Source: Azolla caroliniana (taxonomy: Eukaryota > Plantae > Polypodiophyta). From it: a DNA stretch of 64,000 nucleotides. Each line of letters begins with the position of its first letter. Position 1 is the first letter of the stretch. The notes below the pieces were generated by a model. The model searched no databases. It worked only from the letters and a program-made list of their open reading frames with translations, and was not told the origin of the DNA. Location: assembly GCA_043228905.1 (NCBI GenBank), contig JBHGNT010000007.1, positions 10,974,001 to 11,038,000 of the forward strand, read 5' to 3'. The position numbers and the translations under genes are program-made. This document shows positions 50,917-64,000 of the stretch, in pieces.

Positions 50917-51894
50917 TGTATCATATTTTAGTCTATATAGCTAGAATTCGATGCAATGCATATGTGTCAGTTGAAAATGCAAGAGTATTTTTTTAATGGA
51001 AAAGTTTTAAAAAATTCTAAGACTTACAATAAGAATCAGATGCACTACATCCAATTCTAGATGTATAGAGTAAAATTCAACATTATTAGTGCATCAGATC
51101 TGGATGGAATGAATCTTATTTCTGTTTGACATCAAAGGCTTACTATGAGAATCTATGGAAAACGAAAAAACATCTTTATGACATTTTTTAGATTCTAATG
51201 ATTTTGGTAGAAGGTTTCTCTCATATAATCAAATATCATAAATAGAAAGTACATAATTAAATATCATAACTAAAAAGTGAAGAAGAAAGAATGCATCAAG
51301 CACATCTACTCTAACATTGGATAATGTTTATATACTAGTGTATGACTTACCTTTGACCAAAACAAGTTATCTACGACAGACCACAATAAAGATACTAAAA
51401 GAGGATCTCGAATGTGGCTTCAGACACAACACAAAGACAAACAAGAAGCATGACTCATAACCTCGATGAGGTTGTATTGCAATTGGATGAAGACAATGCA
51501 TTAATTTCCATTGATGATGAGGATGAGACCTCATAAACTCTTACTAGTTCATCTAATGGGTATGAAGATGATGGCATAAACTTGGAAAATGATTGTCCTG
51601 ATACGTTAACTGTAAATATTGTATTGTACATCAAGATTTGGATTCATGAATTTCTATAAATATTGGTGTTAGTCATTTTGGACATTCATTTGTAAGTTTG
51701 GCATGTCCATTATTTAAGCATTTTTTTGAACAGCTAAATTTTCGTGCATGCTAGAAATCAATATATTTTTGGGTCATTTTTTAAAATCCTTTACACATGC
51801 GGCACCCCTTTTTGTGAATCACCCTAATTTGTGTCATTTTTTTATGAACAGTTCTCAAAATGCGACATATTACCTATTTCAAATGTCCCGGTGT

Positions 51895-54175
51895 TATGGG
51901 TGGTCGATTCGGGAGCGTCGTTTCACCTAACCCCCGTCCGGAAGTGCTTTTCATCATACAAAGCCGGAGATGATGGTCTCGTAAAGATGGGAAATGAAGG
52001 AGCATGCCGAATTGTCGGCATATGAGATGTGTGTTTCTTAACATCAACCGGGTGTCGATTGGTGTTAAAGGATGTTCAACACGTTCCTGAAGTCAGATTG
52101 AATCTAATATCAGCCTGTCGGCTGGATGATGAAGGTTACATGGGTAGCATCCGGAACGGTGTCATGAAGTTCTACAAAGGGAGCCTGATTGTGGCTTGAG
52201 CTCGGAAGACAAACACATTGTATGTGATGCATGCTTGATTATGCCGAGGGGATGTAAACGTGGCAGCCGACATTGCTGGAGAATTGTGGCATAAGAGGCT
52301 TTTCCACATGAGCTAAAAGGGAATGCAGATGCTAGTCGAAAGAGTACTCCTCCCTGAGGTTAAGAAAGTGCATCTCGATGAATGTGCCGACTACATGGCC
52401 GGCAAACAAAATAGAGCAGCTTTAGTGGTTAAGTGTCATGCAAGAGGAGATGGATTCCTTGCATGAGAACCACACGTACAAATTGACTGGGTTGTTGAAA
52501 GGAAAGAAGGCACTCTGGAACAAGTGGGTATACAAATTGAAACCGAGAGATGGCGAAAATCCACCCAGATACAAAGCCTGAATTGTCCTAAAAGGTTTTC
52601 GATAGAAGAAGGGTTTAGATTTCGATGAAATATTTGCTCTGGTTGTGAAGATGACATCCATCCAAATAGTGTTGAGCATACTAGCCATCTTGTATCTCGA
52701 AGTCGAGCAATTGGACATTAAGACGGAGTTTTTGCATGGAGATCTAGAGGAAGAGATCTACATGCAGCAGCCAGAAGGATTTGTCGAAAAGGGAAAGGAG
52801 AACCTGGTATGCCGGTTGAGGAAGAGCCTTTACGGATTGAAGTAGGCTCCCCAGTAGTGGTACCGAAAGTTCGAATCCATCATGGTGGATCATGGCTTCA
52901 ACAAGATACAAGCCGATCATTGTGTTTTTGTTAAGAAATATAATGGAGGAGACTTTCTCATCATTCTGTTGTATGTTGATGACATGCTAATAGTCGGAAA
53001 GGACCTAAAGAAAATCGGGAGTTTGAAGAAGGCTGTCATTCTTGATGAAGGATATGGGTCCCGAAAAGCAAATTCTAGGTATGCACATTGTTCGGGATTG
53101 GACAAAGAAGCTCTGATGGTTGTCACATGAGAAATATGTGACAAAGGTGCTCTAGAGGTTCAACATGTAGAATGTGAAACCGGTCCACTCGACATTGTCG
53201 ACAAACTATAAGTTGTCCAGAAGCCAATGTCCAAAAACGAAAACAAAGAAGGCTGAGATGAATAAGATCCACTCTGCCTCAGCAATCGGAATCCTGATGT
53301 ATGCAATGTATTGCACCAAGCCGAACATCATGTATGCAGTTGGAGTGGTTAGCCGATGTATGAGCAATCCCAGAAAAGAGCATTGGACAACGATGAAATG
53401 GATACTTCGGTACCTGAAAGGCACCTCGAGCATGTGCCTCCAATTCGGCTTAGGTAAACCCCTATTAGAAGGCTTTACTGATTTGAACATGTCAGCTGAT
53501 GTAGGGTCGAATTGATGAAGTAACCCATGCCAAAGTGAAGGGGGATTTTGTTGGGAAAATAGGTCCCTCCGGATGGGAAGATTACGAGCTGAATCGGATT
53601 GAGTGTCAACAGGAAATTTGGCCGAGGCTGATAGGCTGAGGCCAAAAATTGAATGACCGAAATCAAATAATCAAATAATCAAATAATTGATTTAATAGCC
53701 AATTCGGAAGGCTATATTTGTAAATAGTTTGAATGTGCCCATTGGGACTATATTTGTAAATAGCCCTAAAAGTTGTATTAGTACAAATATAACTAGGGCA
53801 AACCTTCTGAGAGGGTGAAATCATTAGAGTAGTTGATCATTGTTGTAAAGTTGTAGAAGGTAGTTGCCTTTGTAACTAAATGAGAATAAGAGAGAGAGGA
53901 GAGAGAGAACAAAGTGAGTAACTTTGTAGCCGTCAGTCGACAAAGACGAGTTCAAGGTCTTTGCCTTCAATCCTCTTGTTGTACCCCTCCCCTTATAGTG
54001 ATCTGTTTTGGAGTTTGTGAACTCCGCGTGATTTTTCCCGATTAGGGTTTTCCACATTAAATATCTTCTGTCTATGTTTGTTTTTCGTTTTTTGTTTTCT
54101 ATATGTCCATCTTCTCGATCTTTGCACCCGCATACGCACGAATAGCAACTAGTTGTGGCCGGTCAATTCACAACA
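51895..54175 (+). mobile_element. Deleted Tnt1-like copia with PPT and 3' LTR (53549-54175)
   Basis: WVVDSGASFH, RT motifs, GTGAAGGGGGA then TGTTGGGAAAATAGGTCCCTCC...CAACA. Confidence 0.88.
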
Positions 54176-54580
54176 AGACAGGACTATCTGCCCATAGGAG
54201 TGAAGGGGGAGTTTGTTATGAATTTGCCCCTCCTATGGAAGAAGTCGACAGTCGAAGCCCAAGAAGAAGTCGGTAGTCAAATCAACAAGTCGAACACATG
54301 ACGGTCGGCCGGATCGACCAATGAGTCGACAAGTTCGTCGATTGGTTCTTGGAGGAGATAGAGAGCCGACTATGATAGTCGACTACATTGATGGATGCTC
54401 TGAGTGAAGACAAGGCCGACAAGTCAAGTCGATTTGATCTTATCCTTGCCATTTGTTGGTGTAGTTTCTGAATGTCACTCGGAAAGCCGATTATCGCATC
54501 GTACTACTCGATTGATTGCCTCTATGAGTGACTTTGGTTCTTCTATAAATGTAAGGAGAAAATATTTATGTTGTTGCACA
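54176..54580 (+). mobile_element. 3' end of another copia: PPT and partial LTR from 54214
   Basis: GGAGTGAAGGGGGAGTT-TGTTATG; TATAAAT at ~54545; right end uncertain. Confidence 0.6.
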
Positions 54581-57544
54581 TCCCGAACGAAAATTGCTCC
54601 ATTAATGCTTGGTCATCCCATGGAATATTGGTTGCGAGTAGACAAAAATCAATGGACTAGGTTGAGGCCAGATCGATCCCCTTGATGTAGTCCTTGGATT
54701 TCACTCATTGCTATTCTAACACTATCGGTATCTCGAAAACATGCTTTGAACTCACTAATGAACTCCTTGAAATTGATTAACAAAGGAGATCCTTTTTTCA
54801 ACAAAGGGGCAAACTAGGCTAATTTTTTACCACTTAGTAATGTGCCTACTAATCCCACTCGTGATGCATCGGTTGGATATCAAGAAGGACGCATTCGAAT
54901 TACTAACCGTACTTGATTGAGGAACGCTCAAAACTGTGATCATGTTCCATCAAACTTCATGGGAAGACTAATCTTGGATTCCTTAAGAACCCCTTGAGTT
55001 CTTGTTCCTTGTTGTAAAAACATGATGGTTGCTTCCAATTGTTGCACTCATAATGTCAACTCCTCGTGTTGATGTTGCTTTTCTATTGTGATTTATTTTA
55101 GATCACCCCACAAATGTTGATTTTCTTGTTCTAGTGCCATGAACTTCCATTTCAAGCATTGCAGCTCTGAAAGGAAGGATTGGTATTCTTGTGTGCTAAT
55201 AGAGGCTATTAGTACTAGAGGAATGAAAGGTAAGAAGAAGATAGGAAATTCGGTTCAAACTATCAAGATCGTGAAACAAAGGGGAGAGAGAGAGAGAATG
55301 TGAGAGAATCGCAAGAGAGAGAGTATATGATAGAAGGAAAAAATATTACAGAAAAGAAGTGATACGAAAAAGGGCTATAGACTACATATTATGATAATTA
55401 ACTTAATGGTAAGCCTATGACCCTTGTATCGTACGATCATGAGCTTAAAAAATGACACATAAAAGTTTAAGCATTTCCTAATGTATTTGCAAAACCACTA
55501 CATCATCCACATATAACAAAAGCATGATGGTTACATTCCCAATGGTAACTTCTTTAACTCTTTCTTCCTTTACAAACTTGACAACCATTTCTTCCAATTC
55601 ATCAATTCAATACAGTTGATGAGGGTGAGCATTCTTGCCTAAACACCAATAATAATATTGAAAAAATCTGAAGTCTATCACCCATATGCACACAACATAT
55701 AACCTTCTCATACATTTTAGAAATTGCAATCTCTCTCCTCCAACCCTTCGAAAATACTCATCCCTTCTTATGGTTACATACAAATGCTCTATTCTAAGAA
55801 AATATCTCTTTGGAATGCATTTTGATCTTGAAACTACGCTACACTTCAACATGCGTCACTAATCGACTCACATTTCCTTCATTGCTTAGTAATAACTTTA
55901 TGGAAAAACATAGCGCATCAATAACACCCATACATGTAATATTGCTAGCAATTCCGGTCAAGTAGCACATGCCCACATGTATTACCCCCGCTTACATGCA
56001 TCAAAGAAGGAATGGAACCCAATGTGTCCATATAAATTACCAAAGAAGAAAGAGTATTTAAGGGATTTAAAGATATGGAATTTATTAGATCTGCATTTCT
56101 ATTTTTTTTCCAAAAAATAACTCCTTCCATTAGTTAAAAAATTTTACAAATGAGATTATTATGTACAAATCCTTGTAGGGACGCAATAGTTCCATCTTAT
56201 GTGGATGCCCACTGACTTAAGAAAGGGAGAGGACGACCATTATTGGATGAAAGCTATTCGTTGTGTTTCAACTCCATCGGAGCCGCCCTTGAGGCCATCA
56301 TATTGGCTCTTTAGAGTGGCTACAATTTCACTCCATATCTCTTGCAGTAATATTGTTGGATGCGCGATTTGGTTGGAGAAGACCCATCAACACCGTTGTT
56401 TCCATTTCATTTGTAAGCAGTTTCATGGTCTTAAAAATATTCATGCATCAAGAGCATAATTAGAAATGCTTGGTTCAAACAACATTTGGCCTCGAGATAA
56501 TCATTGAATACCTTAGGGGTCCTTGGATTTTGAAACAAGTGGAAATATCCCAAATAAATGTAGGATTAGATCTATCTTCACACTAAGAAACACAATATTT
56601 ACTTGAAGTGCATGTTCCCTCAAGATTAAAAACACTATGATTGGCACAATTACACTGAGGTAATTTCCCTTAATATATCTTAGTTTTCATGATGATTAGA
56701 TAAGAATTGTGCCAACTTCAAAATGTTATACCATGTGTTACTACAATTTCCACAAGGAAATATCAGCAACTTAAAAAAATATGAAGGAAAAAGGAAGTTG
56801 TCAAGCTTATCTAATGGAGAAAGAATTTCATCGATCTTTTTCAATGGTAATGAGCACTTAGTGGATGCTTTGAATAAGTTTATTCGTCAAAGATAACAAC
56901 CAAAAGGATCAATAGCAAAGTGATAGCTACATAAAATATGTATGCACTACCACTCCAATATTTGCCTAATATACACAAAGATGAACTGCATGCATGGAGA
57001 CACACAAAAAACACAATGTCAAAGGAGAGTTTGCAGCGAACGGATACCATCTCAACCTCCACACCTACAAGAGCATATCTCAATATTTATTATAAATAAC
57101 TCCAAATACAAAGACAAATATTTGCACTCTCCACACAAGCAATCAAATCACAAGAAAGATTTGGCCACTCACAATGTAATATATGTTTATGAAGTGTCAA
57201 ACAACAAACACCCAAATAAGACGTATAAGGGACTATATCTATATAAGTTTAAGTGGCACTAGCACATGGCACACATCATGATGACCTATTCACTTATAAG
57301 AGAGGAAATACATCCATTCAAAGAATAGAATGAGAAACTAGATTGTCCATTAACACATCATATCACATTCAAATATAAAACGACTGCTAGCGAACAAGAT
57401 TGTCTTATGTATATATGCAAGTAAATTTAGATTACAAAATATGAACTGAATTAGATAGATCTACAAAAATTAACATTATTGACGAAGTTTTTTTAGTAAT
57501 AACCAAAATATACCAAGTTTCTTTTTATCTTATACATAAATAGT

Positions 57545-57870
57545 AAAATAATGCTCCAATTAAATAAAGAAAACTATATAGTAAATTTACTTGTGAATGC
57601 CGATAGCAATGAAAATATTGAGCATGGCCTTCAGAGAATTTTCCTACTTGTGAATGCCGATTGCAATAAAGAAAAAAAATATAAAGTAAATTTACTTGTG
57701 AATGCCGATTGCAATAATGCTCCAATTAAATAAAAGAAATATATATATAGAAAGTTTACTATATATTTCATAATAATTCTCCAATTAAATAAAGAAAAAA
57801 ATATATACTAAATTTACTTGTGAATGCCAATGGCAATGAAAATATCAAGCATGGCTTTTAGAGAATTTCC
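57545..57870. repeat. AT-rich irregular tandem repeat
   Basis: TACTTGTGAATGCC occurs 4 times; CTCCAATTAAATAAA occurs 3 times. Confidence 0.75.
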
Positions 57871-60854
57871 TTACCCATTGTACTTTGTAATGCTATATAG
57901 TATATACATTTGATGGCAAAAAATATAGAACCAGAGCCACAAGAGTTAAAAGCAAAACCGCTATTCCAGCTGATACTTCGATTGAAGGGCTTTTAAAATC
58001 TCCCTCTTCTCCCCATCTCCAAGAAACACATTTTCCCACAATTCTCGAAGCTCTGTTCAAAGATAACAAAAAGATAAAAAGCCTTGACCAAATATGAAAA
58101 TTGAACTAAAGAAGGAACCACAGATCATGAAATAAGAATGGAAATCACTATGACAATTGACATACCGGATTTCTCCTTGCTTGACAAGCACATAACTGTA
58201 AGGTTAAAGCGTCGAGCCTTGGTTAAATTTTCTAGAACCTCAATTGCATGGCTAGCATGCTCACTACAAAAGACACACATTACATCATCAAACCCTCAAC
58301 AATAACTCTTTAGTTTTTAACGACACTGGAGAAGTGTAATCCATTATGATCTTTTATAGATGTTAATGTATCTTTTCTTCTTGTTTTATAACTCAAATGT
58401 CATGTAAGGAAAACGACCCACCTTCACCAAATCTAGAAAACCATACATGGTCTTTTTTGTGTCCCGATTCTGTCCGAACTGGGACAGAGTCCCAAAGCTA
58501 ACTGGGACCCACCAGGGAGCCCAGTCCCAGTCCCATACAGGGCACCACCACGGTCTGTTCCAACCCTGTGTCCCAAAAGCTAGCCACCAATGGCCATCTC
58601 TGGCCTCATATGAGGAGATTATTCCTCATTTTCTCATTCTCAGATCACTAATTTTGGCTCAAACGAGTAAGATAGTGCTCTCTCCCCCTCCAATCCGTTT
58701 TGAGTTGTCCCGACTCACCCTTACCAATGTTTTAGTTTTGTCCCAAGACTGGGACTGTTGTAATATTTCGGGTTGTAAATATATAACAGCATTTTTGTTC
58801 ATGTTGTTTCCATTCGCTTGTTCTTTGTTGGGGATAAAGGCCCCAAGGACTCTTCTTTTTGTATATTTTGACCCTTCTATATGAAAGCTCCCAAAGGGAG
58901 CTTTCTAGACACATCCTTACAATATGTTTGGCCCCAATTTGGGAGGTTATAGGCATTTACATTATCTTTATAACTTTTGGTCATTCACCATGTGTGAACA
59001 TGCCAAAATGACCTAAAAGTTACTTATAAATAATAAGTGGTCCCCAAACCTCTTATAATGAGATAAGGGACTACCAGCAGCTAGGTTTTCCTCTCCATTT
59101 TTTGTACAGTCTTCTCTACTTTCTCTCCCCTCACAAAGCAGGCCACTCCCTTGGTGTTTTGGATCTGACCACACCATCATCATCTCTCTTTTGACAAGTA
59201 TCAGAACCAGAGAGTTTCATAGTGAAGAATTTCTATCTCATCAGGTCATTGTGCATAGAACAAGTGATTTTACTTTTTTTGGTGACTTTTTTTTTTCAAA
59301 CTGTTAAGTGCAAATACGACTACTACCTCATCTAATCTCAAAAGCTTGTTCGAGATCAAGAGATTTGAAGGTAGTGATTTTGAATAATGGAAAGATAGAA
59401 TGTTAGGCATTCTCTTTCTTAAAGATTGTGAAGGAGCACTTCTTGAAGTCAAGCCTGAAGATATGACAAATGTAGCATGGATGAAACTAAATAAAAAGGC
59501 CATCACTTACATCAAGATGGTTGTATCAGATGAGATCTTAGTGGATTTGAAAGGCCTCACAACTGCTTTTAAGGTATGGGAGAAGCTTAGAGCCACTTAT
59601 AAAATTACTACAGCTATAGATTAAGTGCATCTCATGCGTAAGCTCGTGTGGAACTTGATGAGTCAAAAAGTGCAACTGAGCACTTAATTGCCTCTACAAG
59701 TACTCTCTCACAATTGCAAGACTCTGGATTACCTCCCTTTGATGATAAGCTTAAGTCCATTTTCTTGTTGATGACCTTACCTGATTCGGGGGAATCATTG
59801 ATTGTTTCACTCTAAATAACCCTAATGTTACATTCGATAGAATAAGGGGTTCTATTTTGAATGAGGAAATTAGGAGGGAAGCTAGTGGAGAGGGTAGTGA
59901 TTCAGCCAATGTGTTTGGCGGAAGAACAAAAAAGAAAAGTGAAAATGTATAGGAACAAGAGCAAAAGCAAAGGCAAAGCTGAAATGACTTGTTATCAATG
60001 TGGTAGGAAAGGTCATAAGAAGTCTGATTGCAGATATTACAAAGCTAAATTTGAAAGATAGAACACAAGTGACAAGAAGAAAAAGGACAGCCAGAATGAA
60101 GTGTCAAAAAAGCTGCTCGCAACAATCAAAGTTCATCGTTGCGTTTTCATGATGTTTTCAACACAGTGTGAAACCACATGTTATCAATATGGTAGGAAAG
60201 GTCATAAGAAGTCTGATTGCAGATATAATGAAGCTAAATTTGAAAGATAGAACAAGAAGAAAAAGGACAAACAGAATGAAGTGTGAGAAAAGCTGCTCAC
60301 AACAGTCAAAGTTCATCGTTGCGTTGTCATGATGTTTTCAACACATAGTGTGAAACCACCCTCGAAAAGAAGTAAAATAGTAGTTCAAATAAACTAGTAT
60401 TATGAAGTCAACTTTATTAGCAAGAAAAATACTTTTTCATTTGCCAAAGAGAATTCTAAATAAAAGGTGAAAGGATTAAATTGTACAATAAATGATGAGG
60501 AATATAGAGGCGGTTTTCAAAAGTAGACAAAAGTAGAAAAAAAAGCTAGGCGTAGATATGAGGAGCAAGGTAGAGTAAAAAGCTCGTAATTTCCTCCTCC
60601 GATGTCCAAATTAGAAAAGGAAAGATGCATACGAAAGCTAACACAAAGAGTTTTACAAGAATATCTTCCATGTGAAATTTGAGGTTACAGAACAGAAATA
60701 GTGATGAAAGGAAAACCGATTCACACAGACAAGCTTTTTTTAGGGGAAAACGCAAGCAATAGAAACCCTATAAAAAAGAGCCTATATCCAACCCGTTGTA
60801 ACATGATTCTTATTTTATAAAAGAATCTACTATTTTGCAATAAACTAATGCTTT

Positions 60855-61660
60855 CTTTCACCTACATGTCTTATGTGTTATTGTCACTTGCGCTTGTGTG
60901 TTTGTGTGTCTTGTGACAAGGGAGCGTTTCGGCTTGCCCATGCACCTCTCCTTTCACAAAGGTATTCAAACTTTTGTGTCTTGTGTGTTTGTGTGTCTTG
61001 TGAAAAGGGAGCATCTTTCACCTACATGTCTTATGTGTTATTGTCACTTGCGCTTGTGTGTTTTTGTGTCTTGTGACAAGGGAGCGTTTCGGGCTTGCCC
61101 ATGTACCTCTCCTTTCACAAAGGTATTCAAACTTTTGTGTCTTATGTGTTTGTGTGTCTTGTGACAAGGGAGCATTTCGAGCTTGCCCATGCACCCCTCT
61201 TTTCATAAAGGCATTCAAACTTTTGTGTCTTGCATGTTAGTGTAAATCGTGCTTGTGTGTTTGTGTGTCTTGTGACAAGGGAGCGTTCGGGCTTGCCCAT
61301 GTACCTCTCCCTTTCACAAAGGCATTCGAAAATTTGTCTCTCATGTGCAAGCCTTGCTTGTGTGTTCGTGTGTCTTGTGATAAGGGAGTGTTCGGGCTTG
61401 CTCATGCACCTCTCCTTTCATAAAGACATTCAAAAATTTGTCTCATGTGTAAACCTTGCTTGTGTGTTTGTGTGTCTTGTGATAAGGGCGCATTCAGGCT
61501 TGCCCATGCACCTCACCTTTCACCAAGGCAATCGAAATTTTGTTTCCCGTGTGTGTATGTAAGCCTTTTCCTTGTGTGTCCATGTGTAAGCCTTCCTCTC
61601 ATACATTCGTTCGCCTTGTGAATAGGGGTTGATTCAGGCTTACCCATGCACCTCTCCTTT
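60855..61660. repeat. Minisatellite, ~80-100-bp unit, about 7-8 copies
   Basis: Core TGTGTCTTGTGACAAGGGAGCGTTCGGGCTTGCCCATGCACCTCTCCTTTCACAAAGG. Confidence 0.9.
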
Positions 61661-61985
61661 TCACGAACACATTTGAATATTCGTGCCTTCCTCGTGTTTT
61701 GCATGTGAGCCCTAATTCCTTCCAGTCCATAATCCCAGCAGTTCCGCCTCACGATCCGCACATAGTGACGGATTTTCACGATAGCGTCACATGGCAATAC
61801 TCAATAGCATCACAAAGGTCCATTCATGCACACTTAGAGCGTGGGAAAGTTGTGTCTTTGATATGGAGAAGTTCCACATGGCCTTCCATTCATCATTGCA
61901 CCATGTGTCAAGACACCAAGCAACCTACTGTGAAGCAGCCACACGCATCTTGTAAAAACTATAAAAGCCACTTTGTAGTGTCTGG

Positions 61986-62651
61986 CATAGATTGACATAT
62001 TCACATTCGTTGGGTTTCCCATTCGAATTCAAACGAATACGAATATGAATGGGTGGTCAAGTATTCGTTTAAGTCAAAAAAAAAAAAAAAAAAACTGTCT
62101 TTTTTAATTTCTTAGGATAAAAAAAAAGCAACTTGACAATAAATAGGGATAATAAAAGAGGGACTTGGGGATTTGACACTACTAAAGTTTTATAATAAAT
62201 ATATAACTTATAAGTTATAAGTATTCGTTTTATTTTTAATAAATAAATAAAATAAAATAAAGATTCATTAATTTCTCACTTTTTATTCCCCCAAAATTTA
62301 TGGATATTTTTATTTTGATATTAAAAATAGTACTTCAAAATAATCATATCTTCAAAGTTCATACTAATCATATTTGTATAATAAATATAAAAATATTCGA
62401 TTTTTAAAAATTAATTAATTGATTGATTAATTAAAATAAGTTTTATAAACTCTCTTGACACTATAATCTATTAATGAATAATTGTTCTTTTTTTGGTGAA
62501 ATAAATTTATTTAAATAAATAAATAAATATTTTATATTTATTTTGCAAAACGAATCGTTTTTTAATATTCTTTGGGCCATTTCATATTCTCGAATATTGA
62601 GAATATTGCGCATGGAGAATATCGCAAATATCACGCATGCGTCAATCTATG
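61986..62651. mobile_element. Non-autonomous hAT (MITE-like)
   Basis: 11-bp TIR CATAGATTGAC; 8-bp TSD GTGTCTGG (61978-61985 / 62652-62659); GAATA subterminal motifs; empty-site copy at ~62791. Confidence 0.93.
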
Positions 62652-64000
62652 GTGTCTGGTATGCTTGTCCACATTAATTAAAGCATTAAGCCTCCTCTTC
62701 ATTCATCATTGCGCCATGTGTCAAGACACTAGGCAGCCTACTGTGAAGCAATCACACTCATCTTGTAAAAGCTATAAAAGCCACTTTGTAGTGTCTGGTA
62801 TGCTTGTCCACATTAATTAAAGCATTACGCCTCCTCTTCTTGTCTCCCTAATTTTAATTAAGTGCTAAGACAAATTAATGATAGTGATTAGTAAGCCAAG
62901 AGCTAATCTCACACCTTGTTGGTGCACAACCTCTTTACACCAAAAAGAATGTTGATAATAAGATATTGTCAGCAGCAAAATAGACACAACCAAGTTGTGA
63001 GAAGGTTGTTAGACAATAGTAGCAAAAATGGTTGCAAAGAGTAGAGACACAACCAAAGAGCAGAGCTTGTTTGCAAGTAGCAGCAAAAATAAAGTCTTTA
63101 CGAAAGAGGTTGGTATAGCCTATTTATACAAAATTGGGGAACGTGGGTGAAATGGTTGTTTGGTAGTTAAGTGACTCTTGTACTACTAAAGAGTTACAAT
63201 GAACTAGGAATAAGAGGGAATATCTTGGAAAAAGTGGAAGAGAGAGAAGGCATTTAAAGTGTTGCAAATTCTAGAGAGAGAAGAATCTAGGAAGAGAGAG
63301 AATGTAGAAGAGAGATAATAAAGATGAAAGAGAGTGCAAGTCTGGGGTTGCCACCCACCAACATGAAGCACATAACAGCTTTAAGGACAAGGACAAAGGG
63401 CAAGCAAATGTAATCACTAGTATCATCATTGAGGAGCCATCAAATGCAAACGATATTCATTGTGCTACCATGGCAACGAATGATGCTATTTTTATTCATG
63501 TACAGGATATGCAAAGTACAAAGAGCGATATAATTGATGCCTTGCTTACATTGAATGACGCTTCGTCACAAACATGGATTGTGGATTCGAGTGCATCATT
63601 CCATGTTACTCCTATTAAGGAGTGTTTTACTACCTTTCATACAGGCAGCCATGGACATGTATATCTTGGAAATAACCATGCTAATTCTATTGAAGGTATT
63701 AAATAACCATGTTTATTCTATTGAAGGTATTGACACAATGCATCTCATTGTGGATGGTACTAATGAGCAGGTTTTCCATGACGTAAGGTAGTTACCAAGC
63801 ATCAAGAAAAGCTTATTGGCTATTGGATGAATTGATATGCATGGATATAGTACTTTGGGAAAGGGTCATAGAAGCTTATAAAAGACTCTAGCTAAATGTT
63901 AACGGTACAACGCAAGGGATTTTGTATTGCTTGCATGGTAAATCTTTGATAGGAAAGTTTATTGCATTGGCTGAACCCTCGGAATGCACTACATTTGGAT

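Larger units (their letters stand above)
60282..63363. mobile_element. Non-coding TG...CA insertion with 5-bp TSD TGAAG
   Basis: TGAAG at 60277-60281 and 63364-63368; the copia gag-PR linker resumes after it. Confidence 0.55.
58398..64000 (+). mobile_element. Old copia: 5' LTR ~58398-59196, degenerate PBS, gag 59330-60100, protease 63364-64000, interrupted
   Basis: TGTCA...TGACA then AGTATCAGAACC; CYQCGRKGHKKSDC; WIVDSSASFHVT. Confidence 0.7.

Noticed and set aside
50917-51880. Possible 3' LTR of the 46647-50916 copia
   Set aside because: AT-rich and unlike the family LTR; probably an unrelated DNA-transposon remnant whose boundaries I cannot support
60855-61660. CRISPR-like repeat array
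   Set aside because: The intervening sequences are themselves repeated, there are no cas genes and the context is eukaryotic; it is a minisatellite

Overview
This window is gene-free plant intergenic DNA made almost entirely of nested transposons. A PLS-type PPR fragment and the element lineages suggest a non-seed plant such as a fern (inference). A Tnt1-like Ty1/copia starting at 600 is split by three insertions: a tRNA-Trp-primed Ty3/gypsy with a 4-bp TSD (2296-9363), a minus-strand non-chromovirus gypsy composite (9776-21498, itself carrying a copia solo LTR), and an intron-containing hAT carrying a PPR fragment (23267-28786). Further right are a patchwork of fragments including eEF2 and RTEL1 pieces, a near-complete copia (37636-43418) inside another gypsy, more decayed copia, a minisatellite and a hAT MITE. 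The most striking observation concerns the minus-strand gypsy family, which has no polypurine tract. At the PPT position, three divergent copies carry a CCA-ended copy of a tRNA-Arg 3' end with a covarying hairpin inserted in the T-loop, i.e. a second, inverted PBS. This suggests both cDNA strands may be tRNA-primed. Coordinates were read by eye, and tRNA and protein identities come from recalled sequences that need database confirmation.
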